Shown here piece by piece: positions 27,106 to 36,195 of a stretch of DNA of 64,000 bases (the stretch's first letter is position 1; each line of letters starts with the position of its first letter). The translations under genes were made by a program, and so were the position numbers. Source of the DNA: Gemmatimonadales bacterium (GTDB lineage: Bacteria > Gemmatimonadota > Gemmatimonadetes > Gemmatimonadales > GWC2-71-9); assembly GCA_036004545.1 (NCBI GenBank), contig DASYRI010000111.1, forward strand, positions 16,033 through 80,032, in the 5' to 3' direction. The notes under the pieces are model-generated. The model saw only the letters and a program-made list of their open reading frames with translations, searched no databases and was not told the origin of the DNA.

Positions 27106-27633
27106 ATGAGGCGTGACGAACTCGAGGCTCACCTGGAACGCGAGCACGCCGGCGCCTTTGCCTGGGCCCTGCGCTGTGCGGGCGGCGGGCGCGAGGAGGC
27201 GGAGGACGCCCTCCACGCCGCCTACGAGCGGATCCTCGACGGGCGAGCCGAGTTCGAGGGTCGCTCCAGCTTCCGGACCTGGCTGTTCGGGGTCATCCGC
27301 CTGACCGCGCGCGCGGAGCGGCGGCGTGGGTGGCTCCGGGTGGAGCGGCTTCGCCGGTGGTTCAGCCGAGGCTCGGCCGCCGGATCGGGGCCGGGCACCG
27401 GTTTCGACGCCGGAGCGGACCTGGAACGCCGGGAGACCGCGCGCCGGCTGGGCGACGCGCTGGACCGATTATCGGAGCGGCAACGCCGGATGCTGCATCT
27501 CGTGTTCTACCAGGACCTGAGCGTGCAGGAGGCGGCCGACGTGCTCGGCATGCCGGTGGGAACTGCACGGACGCACTACCAGCGCGGCAAGGCCCGGCTC
27601 CGCGCGCTGCTACAGGGTGAGGACCTCGGATGA
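27106..27633 (+). CDS. ECF-type sigma-70 factor (second)
   Basis: Region 2 (EDALHAAYERILD...FRTWLFGV) and region 4 (LSVQEAADVLGMPVGTARTHYQRG). ATG at 27106. Confidence 0.85.
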   Translation: MRRDELEAHLEREHAGAFAWALRCAGGGREEAEDALHAAYERILDGRAEFEGRSSFRTWLFGVIRLTARAERRRGWLRVERLRRWFSRGSAAGSGPGTGFDAGADLERRETARRLGDALDRLSERQRRMLHLVFYQDLSVQEAADVLGMPVGTARTHYQRGKARLRALLQGEDLG

Positions 27634-28040
27634 TGCCGCTCGACGACGATCGCGATCTCCGCGACCTGTTTCAGGCCGCGCGCCGGGCCGAGGGGGAAGC
27701 CGCGCCGCCCTTCGCGCGGGTGCTCGCCGGCCGGTCGGTCTCCACGCCACGGCGGCGATGGCTCAAATGGACCCTGGCGGCGACCGCGGCGCTGGCGGGC
27801 ATCGTCCTGATCGCGAAAGTGGTCCGTCCACCGAGCGGGCCGGCCCAGGCGCTCGAGATCGCCCGCGAGCTCTCGAGCTGGAGGAGTCCAACGGAGTTTC
27901 TGTTGCGCGTGCCAGGCGCCGAGCTGCTCGGGAACCCGCCCCGGCTGGGCGAGGCGCCGGCCGGCTCACCGCTCAAGGCACTCGACCCCGGCGGTCCGCT
28001 AGGACCGCCGGTCACCCTTTCTAGGAGAATCCGGTCATGA
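27630..28040 (+). CDS. putative anti-sigma / membrane protein
   Basis: ATGA overlap with the sigma stop and a single TM (WTLAATAALAGIVLIA). The call rests on position only. Confidence 0.55.
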   Translation: MMPLDDDRDLRDLFQAARRAEGEAAPPFARVLAGRSVSTPRRRWLKWTLAATAALAGIVLIAKVVRPPSGPAQALEIARELSSWRSPTEFLLRVPGAELLGNPPRLGEAPAGSPLKALDPGGPLGPPVTLSRRIRS

Positions 28041-28546
28041 GGACGACATTATTGGCGGCATACCTTTTCACGACCATTGCGGTCGCCCCGGCGGCGGCGC
28101 AGGGTGGCGGCCACCAGGAGCCCCACGCTTCGCAGGGCCGCGACCACCCTCCTCACGCGGAGCAGGGTCCCGGGCACGCCGAGCCCGATGATCCGATTGC
28201 GCATCTTCTGTTCCCGCCCGAGCTGGTGATCCAGCATGCCCAGGACATCGGGCTCCAGCCGGCGCAGCGGGCCACCATCGTCAGCGCGCTCAAGGAGATG
28301 CAGGGCGACATGATAGAGCTGAAGCTCCAGATGGCGGAGCGGGGCGGGGACCTGGCCAAGCTGATCGGGGAGCCGAAGGTGGACGAGGCGGCGGCCCTGG
28401 CGCAGGTGGACAGGGTGCTGACGCTGGAGCGGGAGGTGAAGCGGCGGCAGATGCAGCTACTCATCCGGATCAAGAACGCGCTCACGCCCGAGCAGCAGGA
28501 GCGGCTGGCCAGGCTCCGGGACCGGGAGCCGGGCCGGCCGGAATGA
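28037..28546 (+). CDS. periplasmic Spy/CpxP/ZraP-like LTXXQ protein with a His-rich N-terminus
   Basis: Signal peptide, a His-rich stretch (GGGHQEPHASQGRDHPPHAEQGPGHAE), and LTPEQQERL (LTXXQ). ATGA overlap with the upstream gene. Confidence 0.7.
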   Translation: MRTTLLAAYLFTTIAVAPAAAQGGGHQEPHASQGRDHPPHAEQGPGHAEPDDPIAHLLFPPELVIQHAQDIGLQPAQRATIVSALKEMQGDMIELKLQMAERGGDLAKLIGEPKVDEAAALAQVDRVLTLEREVKRRQMQLLIRIKNALTPEQQERLARLRDREPGRPE

Positions 28547-28662
28547 ACCGGCGGGGAGGCCGGCCGTGGGGACGACTGGAGCGGCATCAGCATGGGCGGC
28601 GCCTTGGACCGCCCGGGGCAGCATGGTAGATTCAGGTCACTCCAGAACGACAACTCAGAGGC

Positions 28663-29793
28663 GTGACCATGACCGCACTCACTCGGCGGGCAGCACTCCG
28701 TATCGGCCCCACGCTCTCCCTCCTGTTCGCGGCCGGCTGCGCCGCCACTTCAGCCAACGGCGGCCGCACCCACGCCTATTACGTCGCCGCCGACGAGGTG
28801 ATGTGGGACTACGCGCCCGCCGCCGGCAACGGGATCTCGGGCGAGTCGTGGAGCCCGCTCGACAAGGAGTTCGTCGAGCAAAGGCCGGACCGGGTCGGGA
28901 AGGTGTACAAGAAGGCGGTGTACCACGAGTACACCGACAGCACGTTCACCACGCTCAAGCCCCGTCCGGCGGGGTGGGAGCACCTGGGCATCCTGGGCCC
29001 GCTGCTCCGCGCCTCGGTGGGCGACACCTTCCGGATCGTGTTCCGCAACAACGGGACCCATCCCTACAGCATGCACCCGCATGGGGTGATTTACGACAAG
29101 GATTCCGAGGGCGCGCCCTACGCCGACGGCACCACGGGGAAGGACAAGGCGGACGACGGGGTGCCGCCGGGCGGCACCCACGTCTACCTCTGGCCGGTGC
29201 CGGAACGGGCCGGGCCGGCGTCCGGCGACGGCAGCTCGGTGATGTGGATGTACCATTCTCACGTGAATGAGATGCTGGACGTGAACGCCGGGCTCATCGG
29301 GGGGATGATCATCACGGCGCGAGGCAAGGCTCGCGCCGACGGCAGCCCGGTGGACGTGGACCGGGAAATCATGGTGCTCTTCGGGGAATTCGACGAGAAC
29401 TTCAGCTGGTTCAAGGACGAGAACTTCAAGCTGGCGAAGCTGGATATGAAGAAGGTCCCGTCCAATCCGACCTTCGCCGATCCGTTCTACCTGGCGAACC
29501 TCCGGGAGACGATGAACGGGCTCTCGTTCGGCAACCTGCCCGCGCTCAAGGCGAAGAAGGGGGAGCACGTGCGGTGGTACGTCTTCTCGCTCACCGGCTT
29601 CGAGATGCACGCGCCGCACTGGCACGGCGAGACGGTGATCGAGAACCACATGCGGACGGACGTGGCCCCGCTCATCACCATGGAAATGAAGATCGCGGAC
29701 ATGGTGCCCGACAACCCGGGGACCTGGCTCTTCCACTGCCACGTCGCCCCGCATCTGATCGCGGGGATGCAGGCCCTCTTCACCGTCGAATAG
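28663..29793 (+). CDS. two-domain multicopper oxidase, ceruloplasmin/factor-VIII A-domain-like
   Basis: RR-containing lipoprotein signal. Copper motifs HPHG, YHSH, HAPHWHG and HCHVAPHLIAGM. Colinear by eye with a ceruloplasmin repeat unit (YYVAADEVMWDYAP, VYKKAVYHEYTDSTF, DENFSWF). Confidence 0.85.
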   Translation: MTMTALTRRAALRIGPTLSLLFAAGCAATSANGGRTHAYYVAADEVMWDYAPAAGNGISGESWSPLDKEFVEQRPDRVGKVYKKAVYHEYTDSTFTTLKPRPAGWEHLGILGPLLRASVGDTFRIVFRNNGTHPYSMHPHGVIYDKDSEGAPYADGTTGKDKADDGVPPGGTHVYLWPVPERAGPASGDGSSVMWMYHSHVNEMLDVNAGLIGGMIITARGKARADGSPVDVDREIMVLFGEFDENFSWFKDENFKLAKLDMKKVPSNPTFADPFYLANLRETMNGLSFGNLPALKAKKGEHVRWYVFSLTGFEMHAPHWHGETVIENHMRTDVAPLITMEMKIADMVPDNPGTWLFHCHVAPHLIAGMQALFTVE

Positions 29794-29810
29794 CTCGAAA
29801 TAAGTGGAAT

Positions 29811-29879
29811 AGGAGGTAGGAGGTAGCGAGGAGCGAGAAGGGGTGGTGGGGCGGCCCTCCTCGCTACTCGCTACCTCCT
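29811..29879. repeat. inverted GGAGGTA/GCGAGGA-type arms between the convergent MCO and leuS genes
   Basis: AGGAGGTAGGAGGTAGCGAGGAGCGAG ... CCCTCCTCGCTACTCGCTACCTCCT. Hairpin-capable, possibly a bidirectional terminator. Confidence 0.8.
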
Positions 29880-29895
29880 GCGTCCTCGGGCGCCC

Positions 29896-32346
29896 TCAGC
29901 CGACTACGAGATTCAATAGTCGATCCTTCACATACACCACCTTCTTGAGCTCTTTCCCGTCGGTGAACTTCCGCACGGTCGGGTCCCGGCGCGCGGCCGC
30001 CACCACATCGGGCTCCGACGCGCCGCGCACCGCTCGCACCTTGGACCGGGTCTTCCCGTTGATCTGCACGGCGATCTCCATCTCGCTCTCCTCCGTGAGC
30101 CCCGGGTCCCACGACGGCCACGCCGCGTCGAAGACGCTGGTCTTCGAGCCGAGCCGCTCCCAGCACTCTTCGGCGAAATGGGGCGCGAAGGGTGATAACA
30201 TGATCACGAATTCCTTCACGATCTTCCGCTCGGCGCAGTTGACCGCGCGGAGCGCGTTGAGCAGCTCCATCAGCGCCGCGATCGCGGTGTTGTAGGAGAG
30301 CCTCTCCAGGTCTTCGGTCACCCGCTGCTTGGTCTGGTGCCACTTGACCACGATGGCGTGATGCAGCTCGTTGCCCACCAGCGTGGCGCGCTCGCACTGC
30401 TGCACCAGCTCCCAGACCTTGTCGAGGAACCGCCGCGGGCCGGCCAGCCCCTCGTCCCGGAAGTCGCCGCCCTCCTCGTAGGGCCCGAGGAACATCATGT
30501 AGGTCCGGAACGTGTCGGCACCCCACCTCGCGATGTACTGGTCGGGGATGACCACGTTGCCCCGCGTCTTCGACATCTTGGCGCCGTCCTTCACGATGGT
30601 GCCGTGGGCCCGGAACTTCCGGAACGGCTCCTCGAAGGCGAGCCGGCCCTGGTCGTGGAGCACCATCGTGAGGAAGCGGCTGTAGAGGAGGTGGAGCACC
30701 GCGTGCTCGTTCCCGCCGATGTAGCTCGCCACCGGGAGCCAGCGCTTCACTCTCGCGTCGTCGAACGGCCGGTCGTCGAATTCAGTGGAGGTAAACCGCA
30801 GGTAATACCACCCCGAATCGAGGAAGGTGTCGGAGACGTCGGTCTCGCGGTGGGCCGGCTTGCCGCACCCGGGGCAGGCGACCTCGTACCACTCCTTGTG
30901 CCGGGCCAGCGGTGAGATCCCCGAGTCGTCGGGCTGAAAATCCGCAATCACCGGCAGAACCACGGGGAGGTCCTTCTCCGGCACCGGCACCGGGCCGCAG
31001 CCGTCGCAATGGATAATCGGAATCGGCGGCCCCCAGTAGCGCTGCCGCGAGATGCACCAGTCGTGCAGCCGGTAGCGCACCTGGGCCTTGCCATGCCCCT
31101 CCCGCTCCAGCCAGGCCACGATCGCCTTGATTCCCAGGGCGGCCGGCAATTCCGAGAATGCTCCTGAGTTGACCAGCCGGAATCCCTCGGTGTCCACCGC
31201 GGGGCCGTCGAGCGGCGTCGCCCCGGTCTCCCCGGGGCCCGCCAGCACACGGACGATCGGGAGCCGGAACTTCGTGGCGAACTCGAAGTCGCGCTCGTCG
31301 TGGCCCGGGACTCCGCCGATGGCGCCGGTGCCGTACTCCATCAGCACGTAGTCGGCGACCCACACCGGGATCTGTTGGCCGGTGGCGGGGTTTCGCGCGG
31401 TCGAGCCGGTGAAGACGCCGGTCTTCTCCTTCTCGCCCACCTTGCGGGAGACCAGGTCCCTGGCCGCGATGGCCTTCCGGTACGCCTCCATCGCCTCGCG
31501 CCAGGGCGGAACGGTGAGCGCGTCCACCAGCGGGTGCTCGGGTGCCAGCACCAGAAACGTCCCGCCGAAGAGGGTGTCGGGCCGGGTGGTGAAGACCCGG
31601 ATCGGGCCGGCGTCGCTGGGAAACTCGATCTCGGCCCCCTCGCTCCGGCCGATCCAGTTCCGCTGCGCCGTCGCGGTGGACGCCGACCAGTCCATCTTCG
31701 AGGGATCGTCGAGGTTGCCGAGCAGCCGCTCGGCGTAGTCGGTGATCCGGAAGAACCATTGCTCCAGAAAGCGCTGCTCCACCATCGCGCCGCAGCGCTC
31801 GCAGGCGCCGGCGATCACCTGCTCGTTGGCGAGCACCGTCTTGTCGCGCGGGCACCAGTTGACCGCCGCCTTCTTCCGGTACGCCTTCCCGGCGTGGTAC
31901 AGCTGGAGGAACACCCACTGGGTCCACTTGTAGTAGGCCGGGTCGGTGGTCGAGAGCTCGTGCCGCCAGTCGAACATCCCGCCCATCCGGGTGAGCTGGC
32001 GGCGGAAGTTGGCGATGTTCCGGGGGATGAGCTCCGCCGGGTGGGTCCCCATCTTGAGCGCGAAGTTCTCGCTGTGGATGCCGAAGGCGTCGAAACCCAT
32101 CGGCTCGAAGACGGTCTTCCCGCGGAGCCGCTGGAACCGGCCGAACACGTCGGCGCCGGTGAAGGCGAAGACGTTCCCCACGTGCAGTCCCTCGGCGGAG
32201 GGGTAGGGGAACATCATCAGGTTGTAGAAGGGGCGCTCGGCCCGGTCGAGGTCGGGCTCGTTGGTGTGGCGCTCCGCCCAGCGGGCCTGCCACTTGGCCT
32301 CGACCTGGTCGGGCCGGTAGCCGTCGTCGGAATCGTGCGGGCTCAT
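29896..32346 (-). CDS. leuS: leucyl-tRNA synthetase
   Basis: PYPSAEGLHVGN (HIGH region), KMSKTRGN (KMSKS), LeuRS-specific flanks, 816 aa. Confidence 0.97.
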   Translation of the reverse strand: MSPHDSDDGYRPDQVEAKWQARWAERHTNEPDLDRAERPFYNLMMFPYPSAEGLHVGNVFAFTGADVFGRFQRLRGKTVFEPMGFDAFGIHSENFALKMGTHPAELIPRNIANFRRQLTRMGGMFDWRHELSTTDPAYYKWTQWVFLQLYHAGKAYRKKAAVNWCPRDKTVLANEQVIAGACERCGAMVEQRFLEQWFFRITDYAERLLGNLDDPSKMDWSASTATAQRNWIGRSEGAEIEFPSDAGPIRVFTTRPDTLFGGTFLVLAPEHPLVDALTVPPWREAMEAYRKAIAARDLVSRKVGEKEKTGVFTGSTARNPATGQQIPVWVADYVLMEYGTGAIGGVPGHDERDFEFATKFRLPIVRVLAGPGETGATPLDGPAVDTEGFRLVNSGAFSELPAALGIKAIVAWLEREGHGKAQVRYRLHDWCISRQRYWGPPIPIIHCDGCGPVPVPEKDLPVVLPVIADFQPDDSGISPLARHKEWYEVACPGCGKPAHRETDVSDTFLDSGWYYLRFTSTEFDDRPFDDARVKRWLPVASYIGGNEHAVLHLLYSRFLTMVLHDQGRLAFEEPFRKFRAHGTIVKDGAKMSKTRGNVVIPDQYIARWGADTFRTYMMFLGPYEEGGDFRDEGLAGPRRFLDKVWELVQQCERATLVGNELHHAIVVKWHQTKQRVTEDLERLSYNTAIAALMELLNALRAVNCAERKIVKEFVIMLSPFAPHFAEECWERLGSKTSVFDAAWPSWDPGLTEESEMEIAVQINGKTRSKVRAVRGASEPDVVAAARRDPTVRKFTDGKELKKVVYVKDRLLNLVVG

Positions 32347-32418
32347 GGAGCGAATCTACCCGGAATCGGGGGCCGGCGTCACCGCAGGCCGTGGCCCGGC
32401 CGGGAGCCCGCTGCTAAT

Positions 32419-33723
32419 ATGCAGTCTCCCATGGCCCTCTTCGCGAATCGCCTGAGCCGCACCCTCCAGGCCGGCGGCGCCATCACCATCGCCGTGCTGA
32501 CCGCGGGGCTTGGCGGATTCCTCACCGGCCGGCTCGACTGGTCGCTCCCGCTGGTGCTCGGCATCTTCGCGCTGATCTGCCTCATCGTCCTCTGGGCCGT
32601 GCACGCGTGGCTGGAGAGGACGATCATGCGGCCCCTCGGCGTGGCCGCCGCGATCGCCCACCGGGTCGCCGAAGGCGATCTCTCGGTTTCCCGGGCCGAC
32701 CTCAAGCAGGTCGGTGGCGGGCCGGTCACCGAGGGCCTTTCCCGCATGGTGCGCGAGCTCAACCGGCTGGTGGGCTCCATCCGGAGCGCCGCGAACGACT
32801 CGGCGGCGCTGGCGGAGGAGATCTCCTCGTCGAGCGAGCAGATGGTCTCCTCGACCCAGGAAGTGGCCGGCACCACGGCCGAGCTCACCGACCGGGCCGT
32901 GGCCCAGGCGTCGCTGGTTGGCGCGGTGGCCGACGACGCCGCGCGCATCCTCGCCATCGCCGAGGAGCTGGCGGCCGGCGCGCTCAAGGCGGTGGAGCGG
33001 AATGCCGCGCTGGCAGACCTGGCGCGGGCCCACCGGGAGCGGCTCGGCGCGAGCGTCCGCGCGCTCGACCGCTTCGCCGAGGAAGTCGAGCTCGGCACCC
33101 AGGAGGCGGAGGCGCTCACCGAGGCCTCCCTGGAGCTGGAGCGATTCATTGACCAGGCCCGCACCGTGGCCAAGCAGACCCGGATCCTGGCCCTGAACGC
33201 CGCGATCGAGGCCGCGCGCGCCGGCGTCGGAGCGGGCGGCGGCGGCGGGGGGGGGGTGGAGTCGCAAGGGTTCTCGGCGGTCGCCGACGAGGTCCGGAAG
33301 CTCTCGGGACAGGCCGCGGCGGCGGCGACCGCCACCGGAGACACGGTGCGGGCGATCGCGGGCCGGGTGGCGAGTGCGCGGGAGCGCCTGCTCCGCCTGG
33401 GGGAGGGCGGACTGCTGGCGCGGGATGCCGCCCTGGCGGCGGCGGAAGGGCTCGCGACCGTCTCCGCGGAAGCGGATGCGGTGGACGCCTGGACCCGCGG
33501 CGTGTCCAAGGCGACCAACGAGGTGCGCGGGCTGATCGACGGCATCGCGGGACGGACCCGCGAGCTCGCCACCGGGACCGAGGATTTCGCCGCGGCGGCG
33601 GAGCAGATCTCCGCCTCGACCGAGGAGCTCAACGCCTCGACCGAGGAGATCACCGCCTCGGCGCTGACGCTCGCCAACGCGGCGGTCAAGCTCACCGAAG
33701 CAGTGGCGGTCTTCCGCGGCTGA
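32419..33723 (+). CDS. methyl-accepting chemotaxis protein with a minimal ectodomain (2 TM + HAMP + signalling domain)
   Basis: QTRILALNAAIEAARAG...GFSAVADEVRKLS. Start at ATG 32419. The upstream 373 codons of the track ORF are antisense to leuS and are rejected. Confidence 0.9.
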   Translation: MQSPMALFANRLSRTLQAGGAITIAVLTAGLGGFLTGRLDWSLPLVLGIFALICLIVLWAVHAWLERTIMRPLGVAAAIAHRVAEGDLSVSRADLKQVGGGPVTEGLSRMVRELNRLVGSIRSAANDSAALAEEISSSSEQMVSSTQEVAGTTAELTDRAVAQASLVGAVADDAARILAIAEELAAGALKAVERNAALADLARAHRERLGASVRALDRFAEEVELGTQEAEALTEASLELERFIDQARTVAKQTRILALNAAIEAARAGVGAGGGGGGGVESQGFSAVADEVRKLSGQAAAAATATGDTVRAIAGRVASARERLLRLGEGGLLARDAALAAAEGLATVSAEADAVDAWTRGVSKATNEVRGLIDGIAGRTRELATGTEDFAAAAEQISASTEELNASTEEITASALTLANAAVKLTEAVAVFRG

Positions 33724-33732
33724 GCCGGCCGC

Positions 33733-34398
33733 CTACGACGGGCCGGCCCGCTTGCCGAGCCCCGCGGCCAGCGCGTCGCGGAGCTGGCTGACCCGCTCCT
33801 CGGCCCGGCGGGCGAGCCGCCCCCAGAGAAGCCGCGCGCCGGCGAAGCTGAGCAGTCCCACCCCGCCCGCCACGCCCGCGGCGACCTCGGGCATTCCGCT
33901 GCCGAGCGCCGCCAGCGTGGCAAGGCCGGTGACCGCCCCCGCGATGAGGTACGACACCATCTTCTGCCCGCCGAATTCTCCCTCGACGCGGATTACGGCT
34001 TCGTCCTTTCCGGGCGCGACCGTCACCGCCAGCGAGCTGTACCCGGTGGAGCTCCGCCATTCGAGGGCGCCGGCGAGATCGCTGGGCTTGCCGGGGTCCC
34101 GGGTCACCCGGCGGATGATGGAGAGGAGCTCCGGATAGTCGGAGGGGGACACCGCTCCGGGTACCGCGCGGGTGGCGTAATACGAGGTGCCCGGGCCGCC
34201 GATGCCGGAACGCTCCGCCCCGGCGGTGAGCTCGTTCGCGGCGCGGGTGACCAGCTCCGCCGGGATCCCCACCTGCGCGGCGATCTGCCGGACCTCCTCC
34301 AGGGAGAATCGCCCTTCGTCGCCGGAGGCCTGGAGCGACGCGGCGCGCTTGAGGATCAGCGCCATCTGGCGGTCGGTGTACTTCGGCGTCTCACTCAT
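33733..34398 (-). CDS. hypothetical protein with C-terminal TM segments
   Basis: ATGA overlap with the upstream TPP-enzyme stop (34395-34398). Sensible composition, no recognised domain. Confidence 0.6.
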   Translation of the reverse strand: MSETPKYTDRQMALILKRAASLQASGDEGRFSLEEVRQIAAQVGIPAELVTRAANELTAGAERSGIGGPGTSYYATRAVPGAVSPSDYPELLSIIRRVTRDPGKPSDLAGALEWRSSTGYSSLAVTVAPGKDEAVIRVEGEFGGQKMVSYLIAGAVTGLATLAALGSGMPEVAAGVAGGVGLLSFAGARLLWGRLARRAEERVSQLRDALAAGLGKRAGPS

Positions 34399-36182
34399 GG
34401 CCCGGACCCCGCGAGCCGGCGCCGAAGGGCGCGGAGCACGAAGCGGAGGCGGTCGGGCCAGGGGAGCCGCGCCAGCATGGTCTTCACCACCCCCCGGGTG
34501 AACCAGGTCTTTTCGGAATAGTCGATCGCCACGTCCACCAGCACCGGCCGGCCCGACGCGACCACCGCGCGCGCCGCGGCGATGGTGTCCTCCACCTGCT
34601 CGTCGCGCTCGAGCGCCAGCCACTCGACCCCCACCGCTTCGGCGAGGCCCCCGGCGTGGAAATCGGGGAGCACGCTCGCGGTGCGGCGGTTGAACGCGGT
34701 GGCCTGGAACTGCGCGATCTGGGCGAGCTCGCGGTCGCGCAGCACGAATACCGCGATCGGCACCCCCTGGCTCGCCGCGGTGAGCAGCTCCAGCCCGGTC
34801 ATGAGGAGAGCGCCGTCGCCGGCCAGCGCCACGACCGGGCTGGCCGGCGCGCCCAGCTTCGCGCCGATGGCGGCGGGCACCGCATAGCCCATGCAGGAGT
34901 AATCCACCGGTGCGAGGAAGCGGCCCGGCCGCTCGAGGCGGAGACACTCCATCGCGAGGAAGGTGCCGTTTCCGCTGTCCGCGGTGAACACCGTTTCGGG
35001 GCCGAAGCCGCGCTGGAGCGCATCGAGGAGCACGAACGGGGTGACCCGGCCGGCGCTCCGCGCCGCGAGCCACGCCTTCCGAACGCCGGTGTGGCCCAGG
35101 CGGATCCGCTCGCGGAGCTCTCCGTCCGCCCGTCCGCCCGTCCGCCCGTCCGCCGCCTCTGCGTCCTCGCGTCCTTGCGTCTCTCCGAGCTCCGCGAGCA
35201 GCCCGGCGAGAAACTCCCGGGAATCCGCCGCAATCGCGAGCTCCGCCGGGTAGTTCCTCCCCAGCACGTCGGGATTGATGTCCACGTGGATGAGCCGCCC
35301 GGGCGGGGTGAGACCGTAGCCGCCGGTGCCCACTTCGCTGAACCGGCAGCCGATCGCGAGGGTTACGGCACGGTCCGCCGCGATGTCCCGCGCGAAAGGC
35401 GGCGCCGACCTGCCGAACCCGTTCCAGAGAAAGAGCGGGTGCGATTCCGGAAACACGCCCTTCCCCTGGATCGTGGTCGCGACCGGCGCCTCGAGAATCT
35501 CCGCCAGGGCCACGAGCTCGACCTGGGCGCCCTGCGCGCCGAGCCCGGCGTAGATGAGCGGCCTCGCGTCGGGCGCGCCGAGGAGGAGGGCGGCGCGGCC
35601 GAGCTCCTCCCGGTTGGGAGCCGGCGGCGAACCCGGGCTCGGCCCGGCCGTCCCCCACTCCCGGGGATCCACCTCGTGCCGGGTGAGGTAGAGGTCCACC
35701 GACACCTCGACCATCACCGGCCCCGGGGTGCCGCTTCGGGCGAGGGTGGAGGCGTCGCGGATGATCGAGTAGAGCTCGGCGCCGGTCGTGGGCGAAAAAG
35801 TACCCTTGGTGACGGGTCGGGCCATCGCGAGCTGATCCACGTCGTGGAGCTGGTAGGCGCGCCCCGGGCTCCGGCGGATTCCGCAGCCCAGCACCAGCAT
35901 CGGCACCCCGTCCATATAGGCCTCGGCGATGCCGGAGAGCGCGTGGGTGAGCCCGGCGCCGGGCACCAGGTTGACGCAGCCGAGCTCGCCCGACGCTCGC
36001 CAGAGGCCGTCGGCCATGAATCCGGCGCTCTGCTCGTCGGTGACCAGGACCGGCCGCACGACGCGGGAGTCCCTGAGCGCGTCGTAGAGCTCGATGTTGT
36101 GGGTGCCGGGGATGCCGAAGGCATGGCGGATGCCTTCAGCCTCCAGCGCTCTCACGACGATCTCCCCACCTGTCAGTTTCAT
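34395..36182 (-). CDS. thiamine-pyrophosphate-dependent enzyme (acetolactate-synthase-like fold)
   Basis: N-terminal TPP-Pyr domain (GIPGTHNIELYDAL) and C-terminal GDGALLM...motif. It contains a 63-nt repeat block in frame. Confidence 0.85.
   Translation of the reverse strand: MKLTGGEIVVRALEAEGIRHAFGIPGTHNIELYDALRDSRVVRPVLVTDEQSAGFMADGLWRASGELGCVNLVPGAGLTHALSGIAEAYMDGVPMLVLGCGIRRSPGRAYQLHDVDQLAMARPVTKGTFSPTTGAELYSIIRDASTLARSGTPGPVMVEVSVDLYLTRHEVDPREWGTAGPSPGSPPAPNREELGRAALLLGAPDARPLIYAGLGAQGAQVELVALAEILEAPVATTIQGKGVFPESHPLFLWNGFGRSAPPFARDIAADRAVTLAIGCRFSEVGTGGYGLTPPGRLIHVDINPDVLGRNYPAELAIAADSREFLAGLLAELGETQGREDAEAADGRTGGRADGELRERIRLGHTGVRKAWLAARSAGRVTPFVLLDALQRGFGPETVFTADSGNGTFLAMECLRLERPGRFLAPVDYSCMGYAVPAAIGAKLGAPASPVVALAGDGALLMTGLELLTAASQGVPIAVFVLRDRELAQIAQFQATAFNRRTASVLPDFHAGGLAEAVGVEWLALERDEQVEDTIAAARAVVASGRPVLVDVAIDYSEKTWFTRGVVKTMLARLPWPDRLRFVLRALRRRLAGSGP
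35121..35183. repeat. (CCGTCCGC)x4 plus TTGCGTC-type units, in frame inside the TPP-enzyme CDS
   Basis: 63 nt (21 codons), read as ETQGREDAEAADGRTGGRADG on the minus strand. Confidence 0.85.
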
Positions 36183-36195
36183 CTCACTCCTGCGA

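Noticed and set aside
31300-32418. The upstream 373 codons of the ORF 31300..33723.
   Set aside because: They are antisense to leuS and have junk-like composition. The MCP begins at ATG 32419 with a proper TM-HAMP N-terminus.
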